Source of the DNA: Lachnospiraceae bacterium UBA3273
GTDB taxonomy: Bacteria > Bacillota > Clostridia > Lachnospirales > Lachnospiraceae
Reading direction: 5' to 3'
Assembly: GCA_002362385.1 (NCBI GenBank)
Contig: DEUB01000042.1
Coordinates: 14,033-78,032 of the forward strand
Length of the DNA: 64,000 nucleotides
Of this stretch, positions 48,281-57,599 are shown piece by piece. A program made the translations under genes and the position numbers. Each line of letters starts with the position of its first letter. The first letter of the stretch is position 1. A model generated the notes under the pieces. The model saw only the letters and a program-made list of their open reading frames with translations. It searched no databases and was not told the DNA's origin.

Positions 48281-49480
48281 TCAGTTTGCCTTAAAGTTAT
48301 AAATCGGTTTCATGATGTCTATGACAGTTACGGATTCTTTGATGACGTCTATGATGTCTTCTAAAGATTTGTATGCCATAGGCGCTTCGTCTAATGTTGC
48401 TTCATTTACGGAAGTAGTATAGATTCCTTCCATTTCGCGTTTATAATCGTCCATATCCAAATTTTCCTTTGCTTTTTTTCTGGACATGATCCTTCCTGCC
48501 CCGTGGGGTGCGGAATAGTTCCATTCGGGATTGCCTTTACCCACGGCTAATACACTTCCGTCTCTCATATTAATAGGAATCAATACTTTCTCCCCTTCGT
48601 GGGCGGCAATGGCGCCTTTTCTTAAAATCATTTCTTCCGTATCAATATAATTATGAATGGTATGAAAGGAATCCGCGCCGCTCATACCCGTTCTATCCAA
48701 TAACACCTCCGCTATTTTTTCACGGTTTCTTCTGGCAAAGGTCTGGCAGATTTCCACATCAAAAAGATAATCTTCCAAATAGCTTCCATACAAAAAGCAT
48801 AAATCCTCCGGCATGGTTGCCTCCCTCTTATTCCAGGAGATCGCCTCTAAAGCTGCCTGTATTTCTTTTCTTCTGCCGGCCGCTTTATATTCACGGATAA
48901 TGGCGTCCCTTTCCTGAAAGTAAGTTTCCTTTCCTTTATTTAAATCAATTGCTAACTGCTGATAGATTTCCGCAACCTGCTTTCCAAGATTCCTGCTCCC
49001 GCTGTGTATCACAAGATAATTGGTTCCGTCCTCTGCCCGGTCAACCTCTATAAAGTGGTTTCCTCCGCCTAATGTACCCAGGCTTCTTTCTAACCTTTTC
49101 GTATCTCTAAGGCTTCTATAGCAGCGAAGAGCAGTCAGATCAAATCTTTCCTGTCTGCCTTCCCACACATTCATACCGGAAGGCACAAAATGTGCGGCTT
49201 CATCCAGCTTTTCAAAATCAATATCGCCTTTCCCCAAGGTTACCGTATACATCCCGCATCCGATATCCACTCCTACAATATTGGGAACGGCTTTATCCGT
49301 AACCGTCATGGTAGTTCCGATGGTGCAGCCTTTTCCCGCATGGACGTCGGGCATGATCCTTATCCTGCTTCCTTCTGTAAATTCATAATCGCACATCCGT
49401 CTGATCTGCTCTATAGCTTCATCTTCCACTACCTTCGCATAGCAGACAGCAGTATTCACTTTTCCTTTAATCTCCAACAT
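48281..49480 (-). CDS. rtcB: RtcB family RNA ligase (2',3'-cyclic/3'-phosphate to 5'-OH)
   Basis: MPDVH.G.G..IG, VGVDIGCG, LGGGNHF.E, HSGSR, HNY, SAPHGAGR. Confidence 0.95.
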   Translation of the reverse strand: MLEIKGKVNTAVCYAKVVEDEAIEQIRRMCDYEFTEGSRIRIMPDVHAGKGCTIGTTMTVTDKAVPNIVGVDIGCGMYTVTLGKGDIDFEKLDEAAHFVPSGMNVWEGRQERFDLTALRCYRSLRDTKRLERSLGTLGGGNHFIEVDRAEDGTNYLVIHSGSRNLGKQVAEIYQQLAIDLNKGKETYFQERDAIIREYKAAGRRKEIQAALEAISWNKREATMPEDLCFLYGSYLEDYLFDVEICQTFARRNREKIAEVLLDRTGMSGADSFHTIHNYIDTEEMILRKGAIAAHEGEKVLIPINMRDGSVLAVGKGNPEWNYSAPHGAGRIMSRKKAKENLDMDDYKREMEGIYTTSVNEATLDEAPMAYKSLEDIIDVIKESVTVIDIMKPIYNFKAN

Positions 49481-49590
49481 CTTCTTTTCCCCGTCTTTCT
49501 CTTTTCATTTCCTTAGTATTGCTTTTCTTTAACTCACTTTTTTAAGCTGCGTTTCCATTATAAGATATTCCGTCATTTACGTATTTTAGC

Positions 49591-49629
49591 ATAATAAAAC
49601 CGCCTATCTCTCATATAAGATAAGCGGTT
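49591..49629 (-). terminator. attenuator terminator upstream of rtcB
   Basis: AACCGCTTATCT/AGATAGGCGGTT 12-bp stem then TTATTAT on minus strand. Confidence 0.8.
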
Positions 49630-49663
49630 CCTAAAATCCATGAAGTCTATGAATCATCCGACA

Positions 49664-49783
49664 TCACACAATTCTGCATCTTTGCCTTATCTTACATGAG
49701 CGCATAAAAGTTAAGCTCTGATCTTTCCTCAGTGCCTGATAACTTCTTTCTTCCAGATAATCAAATCGAAAAATTGTGTTCAT
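49664..49783 (-). CDS. putative leader peptide, 39 aa (MNTIFRFDYLEERSYQALRKDQSLTFMRSCKIRQRCRIV)
   Basis: GAAAGGA RBS, ATG 49783, TGA 49664-49666; lies between a promoter and a terminator and contains a segment complementary to the terminator. Confidence 0.75.
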   Translation of the reverse strand: MNTIFRFDYLEERSYQALRKDQSLTFMRSCKIRQRCRIV

Positions 49784-49836
49784 CGTTATTATTTCCTTTC
49801 CGGGTCAGCCTTAGACCGCTTTTTTATCTAATCCCT

Positions 49837-49865
49837 AATATAACACAAGAAATTTGTTCTGTCAT
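49837..49865 (-). promoter_or_regulatory. sigma-A promoter for leader/rtcB
   Basis: ATGACA-17-TGnTATATT (extended -10) on minus strand. Confidence 0.7.
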
Positions 49866-49950
49866 TATACCTGCGCTATAATTTTTCATTTTTTTGCATC
49901 AAGGTTAGATATATGCCCCGCTTTTAATTCCGTTTCTGGACACTCAATCT

Positions 49951-51798
49951 TTAATCCTCCGCAATGACGATCATATAATCTTCCTTTTCATATACAGTCT
50001 GCTCTGATTTTAAAGGATTTGTTACGATCTCTGTAGCGCCGTCCCTTATCTTCTTATAACCTATGGCAATATGCCCCTTTCTGGCAGCGCTTTCCGTTAC
50101 AGTATAAAAATCAACGGGAACTCCTGTTTTTACATATTCGGAAGCAGGCTTCATATAGATCTCCGAGCCTTCCTCATCCAAAATATCCTCAAAAAGCGCC
50201 GTCAATTCCCTGTTTTCGGCAATCTGGGTCATTAAAAGATTTATAATATTGGAGCCGATGACAAAATCCTCTACCCTGGCCTGGGTTGCAAGGCGCTGGT
50301 TATTGCTCTTTCTCATTTCACTGGTAATGGTAAACTTTTTCCCCGTTTTACCGGAAATATCCCGAAGGAAGATCAATTGCAGCAGAGTCTGGGAATCGGA
50401 TGCCTCCGCATCCAGCCCATCATCGCTTAAAACCAGTATATCGTCCACATCCGACGATAATAATTCCTCCAAAAGCCTGCGGTCCGTTCCCGATCCCATA
50501 ACCTGCTCGATCACAATGTTTTTATAAGCTGCTTTATCCAACTCCAGCTCGTTGGGGTAGACAATGGTAACCTCAGAACCCGGCTCCACATAACAGTCAT
50601 ATTCCCGCAGGATGCGTTCAATCATACTGTTACACCCCAAAATCAGCAGACTTTCCCTGTTTGCGGTTTTCTTTGCCCCGGAATTATTGATCAGTTCCTC
50701 CTGTATGGGCATCTCATTCAAATCCAGCTCAAAGGAACCGTCATCATCCTCCAGCAGAATGATCAGGTCTCCTTTCTCAAGCACCGTATCCATGGGCGGA
50801 TTCAGATGGGGACCGTCGTCTTTTCGGATGCCGAATACAACCGCTTTAGGAAACAGGTTCAGGGTCTCATGGAGCATCTTTCCGTATAGCTCGGGAACCT
50901 CTTCAAAATACAGTTCATCCCCGTCATAGTCAAAAAGCTCCACCAGCACATTGGACAATCCCGGCTGTCTGCAGGTATGGGCAATAATACGGGAAATAGC
51001 GTCATTGGCATGAATAATCTCCGCCCTGCCTTCTCCTGCGATCCTCGCCGCCTCCACATTCTGCTCGTTTTCAATGGCCGCAGTCATAAACAGATCTTTT
51101 ACCAATAATTCCTTATCCTTTAAATATGCAGAAACGGATAAGATGATTTTAATGACCTCCGCGTCCTCATAAACATTGATTATAACAGAACGGCTTCTTT
51201 CCACAGCGCATCTTTCCAGAATATGCGCTTCCGATAAAGAACCGCTCCGGCAGATCACACGGGAAGTTTTAAAATCGGATATGCGGGATGCGATAGCTTC
51301 CTCCATCTCTTCCTTCTCCTGTGTACCCACCACTACAATGCACTGATTTTTGTGATTAGAGTTAGCTTCAATTAACTCATTTAACAACGTATAGATATTG
51401 TCATTAAACCCTATGATAACCGTATGCCTTTCTTCCAGTACAATGGACTTTCCCTTGCGCAGTTCCTTCAGCCTGCTTTCAAAACCGGTGGTAATGATAC
51501 CGATTAAAATACTGGTTACAAACAGCCCGCATAGAGTTACCACAGACATTATGATCACATAAGGTATGCTGTCCAAAGTATCCGCCGTCAAGGTTCCTGC
51601 ATCCAGAACATGCATGGCGCTTGACCAGATCTGGCTTCCCAGACTGCCGTCCGCACCAAAAACAACTGCCGCAATTCCCGCAAGCCCTACCACGATCATA
51701 GTAATTCCAAATAGCAGGCCAATCAGTGCGATGGTTCCTTTGGACATAATATTGTCAAAATGATATTGTATTTTTTCTCCAAAGGTCCGCTTCTTCAT
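49951..51798 (-). CDS. CASTOR/POLLUX-related RCK-domain ion channel protein
   Basis: two N-terminal TM flanking pore-like DAGT segment, HTVIIG.N RCK domain, GLS.V..EL..Y.G.E, EGSEIY.KP. Confidence 0.82.
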   Translation of the reverse strand: MKKRTFGEKIQYHFDNIMSKGTIALIGLLFGITMIVVGLAGIAAVVFGADGSLGSQIWSSAMHVLDAGTLTADTLDSIPYVIIMSVVTLCGLFVTSILIGIITTGFESRLKELRKGKSIVLEERHTVIIGFNDNIYTLLNELIEANSNHKNQCIVVVGTQEKEEMEEAIASRISDFKTSRVICRSGSLSEAHILERCAVERSRSVIINVYEDAEVIKIILSVSAYLKDKELLVKDLFMTAAIENEQNVEAARIAGEGRAEIIHANDAISRIIAHTCRQPGLSNVLVELFDYDGDELYFEEVPELYGKMLHETLNLFPKAVVFGIRKDDGPHLNPPMDTVLEKGDLIILLEDDDGSFELDLNEMPIQEELINNSGAKKTANRESLLILGCNSMIERILREYDCYVEPGSEVTIVYPNELELDKAAYKNIVIEQVMGSGTDRRLLEELLSSDVDDILVLSDDGLDAEASDSQTLLQLIFLRDISGKTGKKFTITSEMRKSNNQRLATQARVEDFVIGSNIINLLMTQIAENRELTALFEDILDEEGSEIYMKPASEYVKTGVPVDFYTVTESAARKGHIAIGYKKIRDGATEIVTNPLKSEQTVYEKEDYMIVIAED

Positions 51799-52066
51799 AT
51801 CTGCTTTCTCCTCATTATCATCTGTAATCCATATACCAACAAACCTATTATAATATACTTTCCTGCAAAATAACAGCTTGTTCTATATACATTTCCGGCC
51901 TTTCATAGCTTAAATTCCCATTTTTTTTACTTACATAAGCCATTTGGACACAACTAAATTTCAGCCCCAAGCCAACGCTTTTTAGTATTGATTTTATTTA
52001 CACTCTCTGTTATTCTGAGAGTAGAATAATCTTATTAGAAAAGAAATGTTATGAGGGTGGGAAATT

Positions 52067-52576
52067 ATGATGAAAAGCGGAGAAAACAAAGGGTTTTCAC
52101 TTGTAGAATTAATTATTGTCATCGCCATTATGGCAGTACTTGTCGGTGTTTTGACCCCGATCATGATCAAATATGTAGAAAAAGCAAACGTCACTTCCGA
52201 CCAGCAGATGCTCGACGCCATCTATCAGGCCTCCGTTTATGCCATGGCAGACCCTGAGATTGCATCAGATTCTGCATCCAAAACCTTTATCGACAGTCTG
52301 ACAACACCCCAGACCCTGGAAAGCATTCCTGCCGGCTCCAAATTATACGACGAGATTTTAGATACCATCGGCTGGACCGATTTAAACCAGAGCACCTATG
52401 AGGCACGTTTACGCTCTGCCCATGCCTCCGGCTGCGAAATTTATCTGGCGTATCAGGGCGGCGTAAAAAATCCTATCGCCATGTGGATTACCACAACCGA
52501 TCAGACCGGCAAAAAAGATACCAGCAATACGTCAAATACTGTTGCCGGTATCGGAGACTGCATCAGCATTCAGTAA
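52067..52576 (+). CDS. type IV pilin-like protein
   Basis: prepilin cleavage/methylation motif KG-FSLVELIIVIAIMAVL. Confidence 0.88.
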   Translation: MMKSGENKGFSLVELIIVIAIMAVLVGVLTPIMIKYVEKANVTSDQQMLDAIYQASVYAMADPEIASDSASKTFIDSLTTPQTLESIPAGSKLYDEILDTIGWTDLNQSTYEARLRSAHASGCEIYLAYQGGVKNPIAMWITTTDQTGKKDTSNTSNTVAGIGDCISIQ

Positions 52577-52622
52577 GAAAAGGCATTTTTCCTGCAATAC
52601 GGATTAAATATGCAAAATCTGT

Positions 52623-53453
52623 CTATGCTTTCTCACTTTGTTGCTTTTCTTTATTCAGTTCATAATAGAATATGTATTGCTGCATAACGCCCTGACAGCC
52701 CTCATACCGTCTTTTAGGAAATCCTTTTTTATAGTGCATTTCCAGAGCCTGATTAATATGGGTATCTACGGGAAAGGCCTGTAAATGATGGAGCGCAAAA
52801 AGACAGATACAATCCGCCACCTTTTCCCCTACTCCAAAAAGCTTCAGCAATTCTTCCTTTGCCCTTTCGTAAGGCAGCCGTCGTATATATTCCAAATCCG
52901 TTTCCCCGGACACGACGCTCTTTGCCGCACGCACTACGTATTTGCTCCGGTATCCCAAATTGCACGCCTTCAAAGCGTCTTCCTCTAAATCCGCCAGTGC
53001 TTCCGGCTTCGGGAAGGCGTAATATACTTCTCCTTTGGAAGTTATTTTCTCTTCCCCGTAACGATCGCAAATATTCTGAATACAGCGGCGTATCCTGACA
53101 ATATTATTCTGCTGGGAGATCAGGAAAGAAACTATCATTTCCCACAAATCCTGTCGTAAGATCCTGATTCCCTTTCCAAAATCTGCAGCAGAAATCAAAT
53201 AAGTATCATCCGGATTGATTTTTTTGATATAAGCCGGATAGTTCTCTTCCAGATCAAAATAATCCTTCCAGAAATTTTCAAATTCTTCTTCGTCACAATG
53301 GAATATGCATTCTTTTTCGTGCTGTTCAAGCTCCAGATAGTTTGCACCGGCAATAAGGGTGTATTTACCGGAGCTTTGCCGATTCATGCGGAAGCATTGG
53401 CCGGAAGCGCTGATTTGATTCAGATTAAAGTTCTCGATTGTTTTTCGGATCAT
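52623..53453 (-). CDS. 8-oxoguanine DNA glycosylase (Ogg/HhH-GPD)
   Basis: SGQCFR, GIRILRQD.WE, SQQNNI.RI, LGYR.KY, G.G.KVADC..LF, FPVDTH. Confidence 0.92.
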   Translation of the reverse strand: MIRKTIENFNLNQISASGQCFRMNRQSSGKYTLIAGANYLELEQHEKECIFHCDEEEFENFWKDYFDLEENYPAYIKKINPDDTYLISAADFGKGIRILRQDLWEMIVSFLISQQNNIVRIRRCIQNICDRYGEEKITSKGEVYYAFPKPEALADLEEDALKACNLGYRSKYVVRAAKSVVSGETDLEYIRRLPYERAKEELLKLFGVGEKVADCICLFALHHLQAFPVDTHINQALEMHYKKGFPKRRYEGCQGVMQQYIFYYELNKEKQQSEKA

Positions 53454-53504
53454 CGTTTGTAATATGCCTTTTTGATTTATTTTAGCATTTTATGAAGGCC
53501 CTTT

Positions 53505-53963
53505 TCAATGGAAGTCTTTTCTATTTTTCCATACGCCTGCCAAAATATCTTTTAGGACCAGTAAAGCATCTAATTCGCTGTATCCGTATTCTTCTTTCAA
53601 TTCATTTAACATACTGCTCAGTCTTTTGGCATAATTGACAGTGTTTACTTCATTTTTGTATTTCAATAAAATCGGATATTTTTTACCCCAGACATTTGTC
53701 CAATTGATCTTTTCCTGTTTTTCGTCGCTGATCCTTTCTATGAATTGTTCAACTTCTTTCTCGTCAATGTCAAATTCAATCAGTTCGTCCAGGGATACAT
53801 TGTATAATACCGCCATTCTTTTGGACTGACGGATATCGGGGAGCGTCTCGTCCGTTTCCCACTTAGAGATCGTCTGCCTGCTTACCCCCAGTTTCTCCGC
53901 GACCTCTTCCTGGGACAGGCCGCAACTTTTTCTGGCATGAAATAAACTGTTCCCTAATCTCAT
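53505..53963 (-). CDS. XRE family HTH transcriptional regulator
   Basis: RK..GLSQEEVAE.LGVSRQTISKWE. Confidence 0.9.
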   Translation of the reverse strand: MRLGNSLFHARKSCGLSQEEVAEKLGVSRQTISKWETDETLPDIRQSKRMAVLYNVSLDELIEFDIDEKEVEQFIERISDEKQEKINWTNVWGKKYPILLKYKNEVNTVNYAKRLSSMLNELKEEYGYSELDALLVLKDILAGVWKNRKDFH

Positions 53964-54088
53964 TAAAACCACCTCGCTTTATTTTATACCCAAAGTATAC
54001 GGTCCTGCATCTAAAAAATCCATCCATTTATTTTTACAATTATGCACGTTTTCTTAACGAAAACGATCAGCAGTATCTTTCTGCATTT

Positions 54089-54763
54089 CTATTTTACTTT
54101 TCCTCCATGAAATAAACATTCGTATATTTTGCGCGTTCTGTAAAATATTTCTTCATAACCCTGGAACCAGAAAAAATCTCCTTCCACCCTGCAATGATAG
54201 TGATATTCTCCTTCTGTGTATATGCAGGGCCCCCGGTAAGGCATTTCTTCCGTCACATTTAACAATGCTTTTTTCAAAAAATCTCCGCTGAATCCTTCTC
54301 CTATTACTCTTCCCGAATAGTTCATACACCAGACAGGAATATTCTTTATCCATATTCCTTCTTCTCCCGAAAAATTTTCTCCTCCCAGATACGTATCATA
54401 ATAAAGATATTCTCCTTCCTGATATTTCAGGTCATGGGATGCCGGTCTGGCAGGCTCTGTTTCTCTTCCTTTGCCGGCATATGTTTTCTGTTTTCCGCGG
54501 ATCAAAAACGGTATAATAGAATCTTTGTCGGTTTCCGATCGTTGCTCATACATGAAACCGCATCCATCCTGCCCTTTTACTATATGATCTATGGTCACTC
54601 CATAAATTTCACTTAGCTTGAGCAAACCGGACAATTCCGGAACTGCCTGTCCGTTCTCCCATTTTCCTACGGTCTGCCTGGCAATTCCAAGCTTATAAGC
54701 CAGATCCTCCTGGGAATAACCGTTCTTTTTTCTTAATGTACAAAGATTTTCATGCAATGCCAT
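54089..54763 (-). CDS. XRE-HTH fused to DUF5680-like domain
   Basis: HTH SQE.LA..L...RQT..KWE.G; C-terminal K..TYAG, Y.DTY.GG..F.GEE, W.MNY.G; GGAGG RBS. Confidence 0.82.
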   Translation of the reverse strand: MALHENLCTLRKKNGYSQEDLAYKLGIARQTVGKWENGQAVPELSGLLKLSEIYGVTIDHIVKGQDGCGFMYEQRSETDKDSIIPFLIRGKQKTYAGKGRETEPARPASHDLKYQEGEYLYYDTYLGGENFSGEEGIWIKNIPVWCMNYSGRVIGEGFSGDFLKKALLNVTEEMPYRGPCIYTEGEYHYHCRVEGDFFWFQGYEEIFYRTRKIYECLFHGGKVK

Positions 54764-54880
54764 GACGTATGCCTCCTGCTCTTCAATATACTGATTTCTA
54801 AAATACATTATAAAGAAAATGCAGGAACTTTCTACCGCCAAAGAATTGCAAAAATGTAATCACACAACTGCATTTTACTG

Positions 54881-55783
54881 TTAATCCTGATATTTATCTA
54901 ATATCTTTGCCAGTTCTGTCCTTAACTGTTCCCTCACTTCCACCGGCTTAATAACTTCCAATGCCTGCCCAAAGCTAAGCAGATAGTAAAACAGCCATTC
55001 TCCTCTGGGGAAAGTAATTTCCGCCAGAAAGCTTCCGTCCTCAAGCTCCTCATAGTCTTCAAATTCATCATATACCCGGAAGGCGGCTTCTTTTGCAATC
55101 TTTAATTTCAATTGGACTTTATCCGTTTCATAATTGCCATGTTCTTTCTTTAATACTGCTTCCCCGCATGTCCTTTGGAAAATTTCTTCTGTCAGTTCAA
55201 GTCTGCGGATCCGTTTCAGCTTAAAAAATCTCTCTTCCTCATGCTTTCTGCACCAGGCGTACAAATACCATGCCTCGCCTTTAAAGCAGAGCCTCAAAGG
55301 TTCTGCTTCCCTCTCCGACGTCTGCCCTTTAGCGTTGGCATAGGAAAAACGAATGACCCTTTTTTCAATGACTGCCCTTTTTATATCGTTAAAGAGTGTT
55401 TCCTCCCGTTTCCTATCAGACCATATTCCAAAATCCACTTCGATCCAATCATAGCCGGATTCTCCTAACAGACTTCCCAACTTTGACAAGGCTGTCGTTT
55501 TTTCTTCCGGTTTTACCGCATCTAACGCTTTTAAGGCGGACAAAATTTCCGCCTTTTCCCCCTCTGTAATAACCGCCTTATTTAAAGTAAAGCCCGGCAG
55601 CAGGGACACCCCGCCGCCTTTTCCTTTACTCATATAAATGGGGATTCCCGCGCCGGAAAGCGTCTCAATATCCCTGTATATAGTTCTTGCGGATACTTCA
55701 AATCGCTCTGCTAACTCCCTTGCAGTAACTTTTTCTTTCTCCAAAAGAATATAGACGATCTCGAAAAGCCTGTTGATCTGCAT
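54881..55783 (-). CDS. WYL domain transcriptional regulator (YafY family)
   Basis: HTH_11 TA.ELA..FEVS.RTIYRD, EP..L......WYL, R.FKL.RI. Confidence 0.92.
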   Translation of the reverse strand: MQINRLFEIVYILLEKEKVTARELAERFEVSARTIYRDIETLSGAGIPIYMSKGKGGGVSLLPGFTLNKAVITEGEKAEILSALKALDAVKPEEKTTALSKLGSLLGESGYDWIEVDFGIWSDRKREETLFNDIKRAVIEKRVIRFSYANAKGQTSEREAEPLRLCFKGEAWYLYAWCRKHEEERFFKLKRIRRLELTEEIFQRTCGEAVLKKEHGNYETDKVQLKLKIAKEAAFRVYDEFEDYEELEDGSFLAEITFPRGEWLFYYLLSFGQALEVIKPVEVREQLRTELAKILDKYQD

Positions 55784-56422
55784 TTAACTCTCTCTTTTCT
55801 TTATGGGATGACGTATAACGGTTTTGCATCGTTCAGGCGCCACTCTCCTCGGATCGGAGAGATAGATCTCATGATGGCGCCTTTCATCCGTGATATCCTT
55901 ATCATAACCGTTTTTTTCTAAAAAGTCATCCATCAAAGCGATAGTTGCCGGCTCGTCGTCGTAAGATCCTATATGCATGACCTGCAGGCACAAGCCTTCT
56001 TGAATTGTCAAAAATTCCGCCTTGGAATAATCTGCATTTTTCTTCCGCTCCACTTCCTTTACTGCCCAATCAAAATCCTTTTTCGAAACAAAATCAGGGA
56101 GCCTGATCGCAGAGATCCACTGAAATTTTTCCTTGTGGCTGTAATCGATCTCATTTTCTCCCTCCGACCACCAGAAGCCCTCCAAAGGAGGCACAACATA
56201 ATCAAAATAACCTTCTATCTTATAACCTGTTTTGGGACTCATTTTGATGGTAAAGGCAACGGCATAAAGTATGCCTATTGCCTGCTTATAAGCTCCATTT
56301 TCCTCATTGGGGTTTCCCTCCCCCCTTACTGCGATATAGTTCATGGGAGGGATCTCAACGATCTGCGGTTTTTTCCCCGGCAAATAAAACTCTTTGTATT
56401 CCTTTTTGTAATCAAAAGCCAT
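55784..56422 (-). CDS. GyrI-like small-molecule-binding domain protein
   Basis: D.KK..KE.Y, V.PLEG.WW, H.G.YD.E, HHEIYLSDPR, KT..R.P. Confidence 0.88.
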   Translation of the reverse strand: MAFDYKKEYKEFYLPGKKPQIVEIPPMNYIAVRGEGNPNEENGAYKQAIGILYAVAFTIKMSPKTGYKIEGYFDYVVPPLEGFWWSEGENEIDYSHKEKFQWISAIRLPDFVSKKDFDWAVKEVERKKNADYSKAEFLTIQEGLCLQVMHIGSYDDEPATIALMDDFLEKNGYDKDITDERRHHEIYLSDPRRVAPERCKTVIRHPIKKRES

Positions 56423-56534
56423 TTGAATGCTCCTTTCTTTATTCTTGCAGACAGTGCCTATAGGGCACAAGTACCCATAGGGCATAAATACCCCCAAGGC
56501 GACTGCCGCTTTGCTTATGAAAAGATTATAATAT

Positions 56535-56566
56535 CCATAATATGACACCTGTTCGTCATATTATGG
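56535..56566. promoter_or_regulatory. perfect 12-bp inverted repeat, candidate WYL-regulator operator
   Basis: CCATAATATGAC-N8-GTCATATTATGG just upstream of a TATAAT that lacks a consensus -35. Confidence 0.6.
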
Positions 56567-56694
56567 GTAATTTTTTACAGCATCCCACTTTTTAAAGTCC
56601 AAACAGCTTGCTCATTATCCTTTCAATCATCAAATTCAGACCGTTGCTCTGCTTATTCGCACTTATTATTCCCTTCAGCCCGTTACTGCCGGGA

Positions 56695-57474
56695 TCAATA
56701 TCCCCATATTTCATACGCCGTATATTCATGGTCAAAATGATACCCCAGCTTCTTAGCAAGCATGACAGATTCCTTGTTTTGTGCATCCCAGCTGGGATAA
56801 AGTCCTTTCTCCAAGCATCTTAAGATCAAAGCCGCTCCGCTGATAAGGGCAAGGCCCCGCCTCCTGTATTCCTGCTTTGTATCGATTTGTATTTCAATTC
56901 CTTCTCTGTAGCTTGAATAAGAAGAGGCTCCCGCAACGAGACAGCCGTCTTTTAAAATAACCACGCCCAGGCCCTTTTTCTCATATTCTCCGTAATCTTC
57001 ATATTGGGATACCCAGTCCCCGCACCATTCCTGCTCTTTGCACCATAAAAACACCTCTCTATCAAGGGGCTTCATCACATATTCGCCGGACAGACCCTTT
57101 ACGATCTCTTCAAGTTTTTTCCTTTGATCTTCTTTTAAAAATATTTTCGGCTCCTTTTTTATGGCATACCGGATAACCTTTTTAGCTTTCTCCCCATAGT
57201 AGGCTTCTATCAATGCCGCCCACTCTTCATTAGGAGGAATCATGATCATAAAATCCTTTTCGCAGCCTTCCGGTTTATATGCCGCAAGCGCCCTGTCCGG
57301 TTTTCCTGCCAAAAAACAGAAGTCTCCCAGAATGGCTGCAGCAGATTCCGGATCTTGCGGATCATTTGCATAAATTTTTCCCATAACCTTTTCCAGACAG
57401 GACCAGATTATGGTTTCTTCCAAGCCTTCAAATAAGGCTTTTGCAGTTTGAGGGTTTTCCATAACAGATATCAT
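56695..57474 (-). CDS. GNAT family acetyltransferase
   Basis: GLGVV, S.Y....EI.I.T..EYRRRGLA, WDA.N..S..LA.KLGY. Confidence 0.88.
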   Translation of the reverse strand: MISVMENPQTAKALFEGLEETIIWSCLEKVMGKIYANDPQDPESAAAILGDFCFLAGKPDRALAAYKPEGCEKDFMIMIPPNEEWAALIEAYYGEKAKKVIRYAIKKEPKIFLKEDQRKKLEEIVKGLSGEYVMKPLDREVFLWCKEQEWCGDWVSQYEDYGEYEKKGLGVVILKDGCLVAGASSYSSYREGIEIQIDTKQEYRRRGLALISGAALILRCLEKGLYPSWDAQNKESVMLAKKLGYHFDHEYTAYEIWGY

Positions 57475-57599
57475 AATTTCCTTCTTCTCCTTTAAATTAC
57501 CAATTTAATAACAGCGTTGTAAAGCTGCAAGCAAATCCCATAATACTAGCCGGTATCATCACGACTTTTTCTTTTTTGCTCTTTAAAATTTTACCACAC

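Noticed and set aside
49673-49693. K-I-R, R-Q-R and R-C-R (+X+) macrolide arrest motifs as the inducing signal of the leader
   Set aside because: A ribosome stalled at codons 31-37 would cover segment 2 and favour the terminator, the opposite of induction; cannot be excluded as a modulating feature
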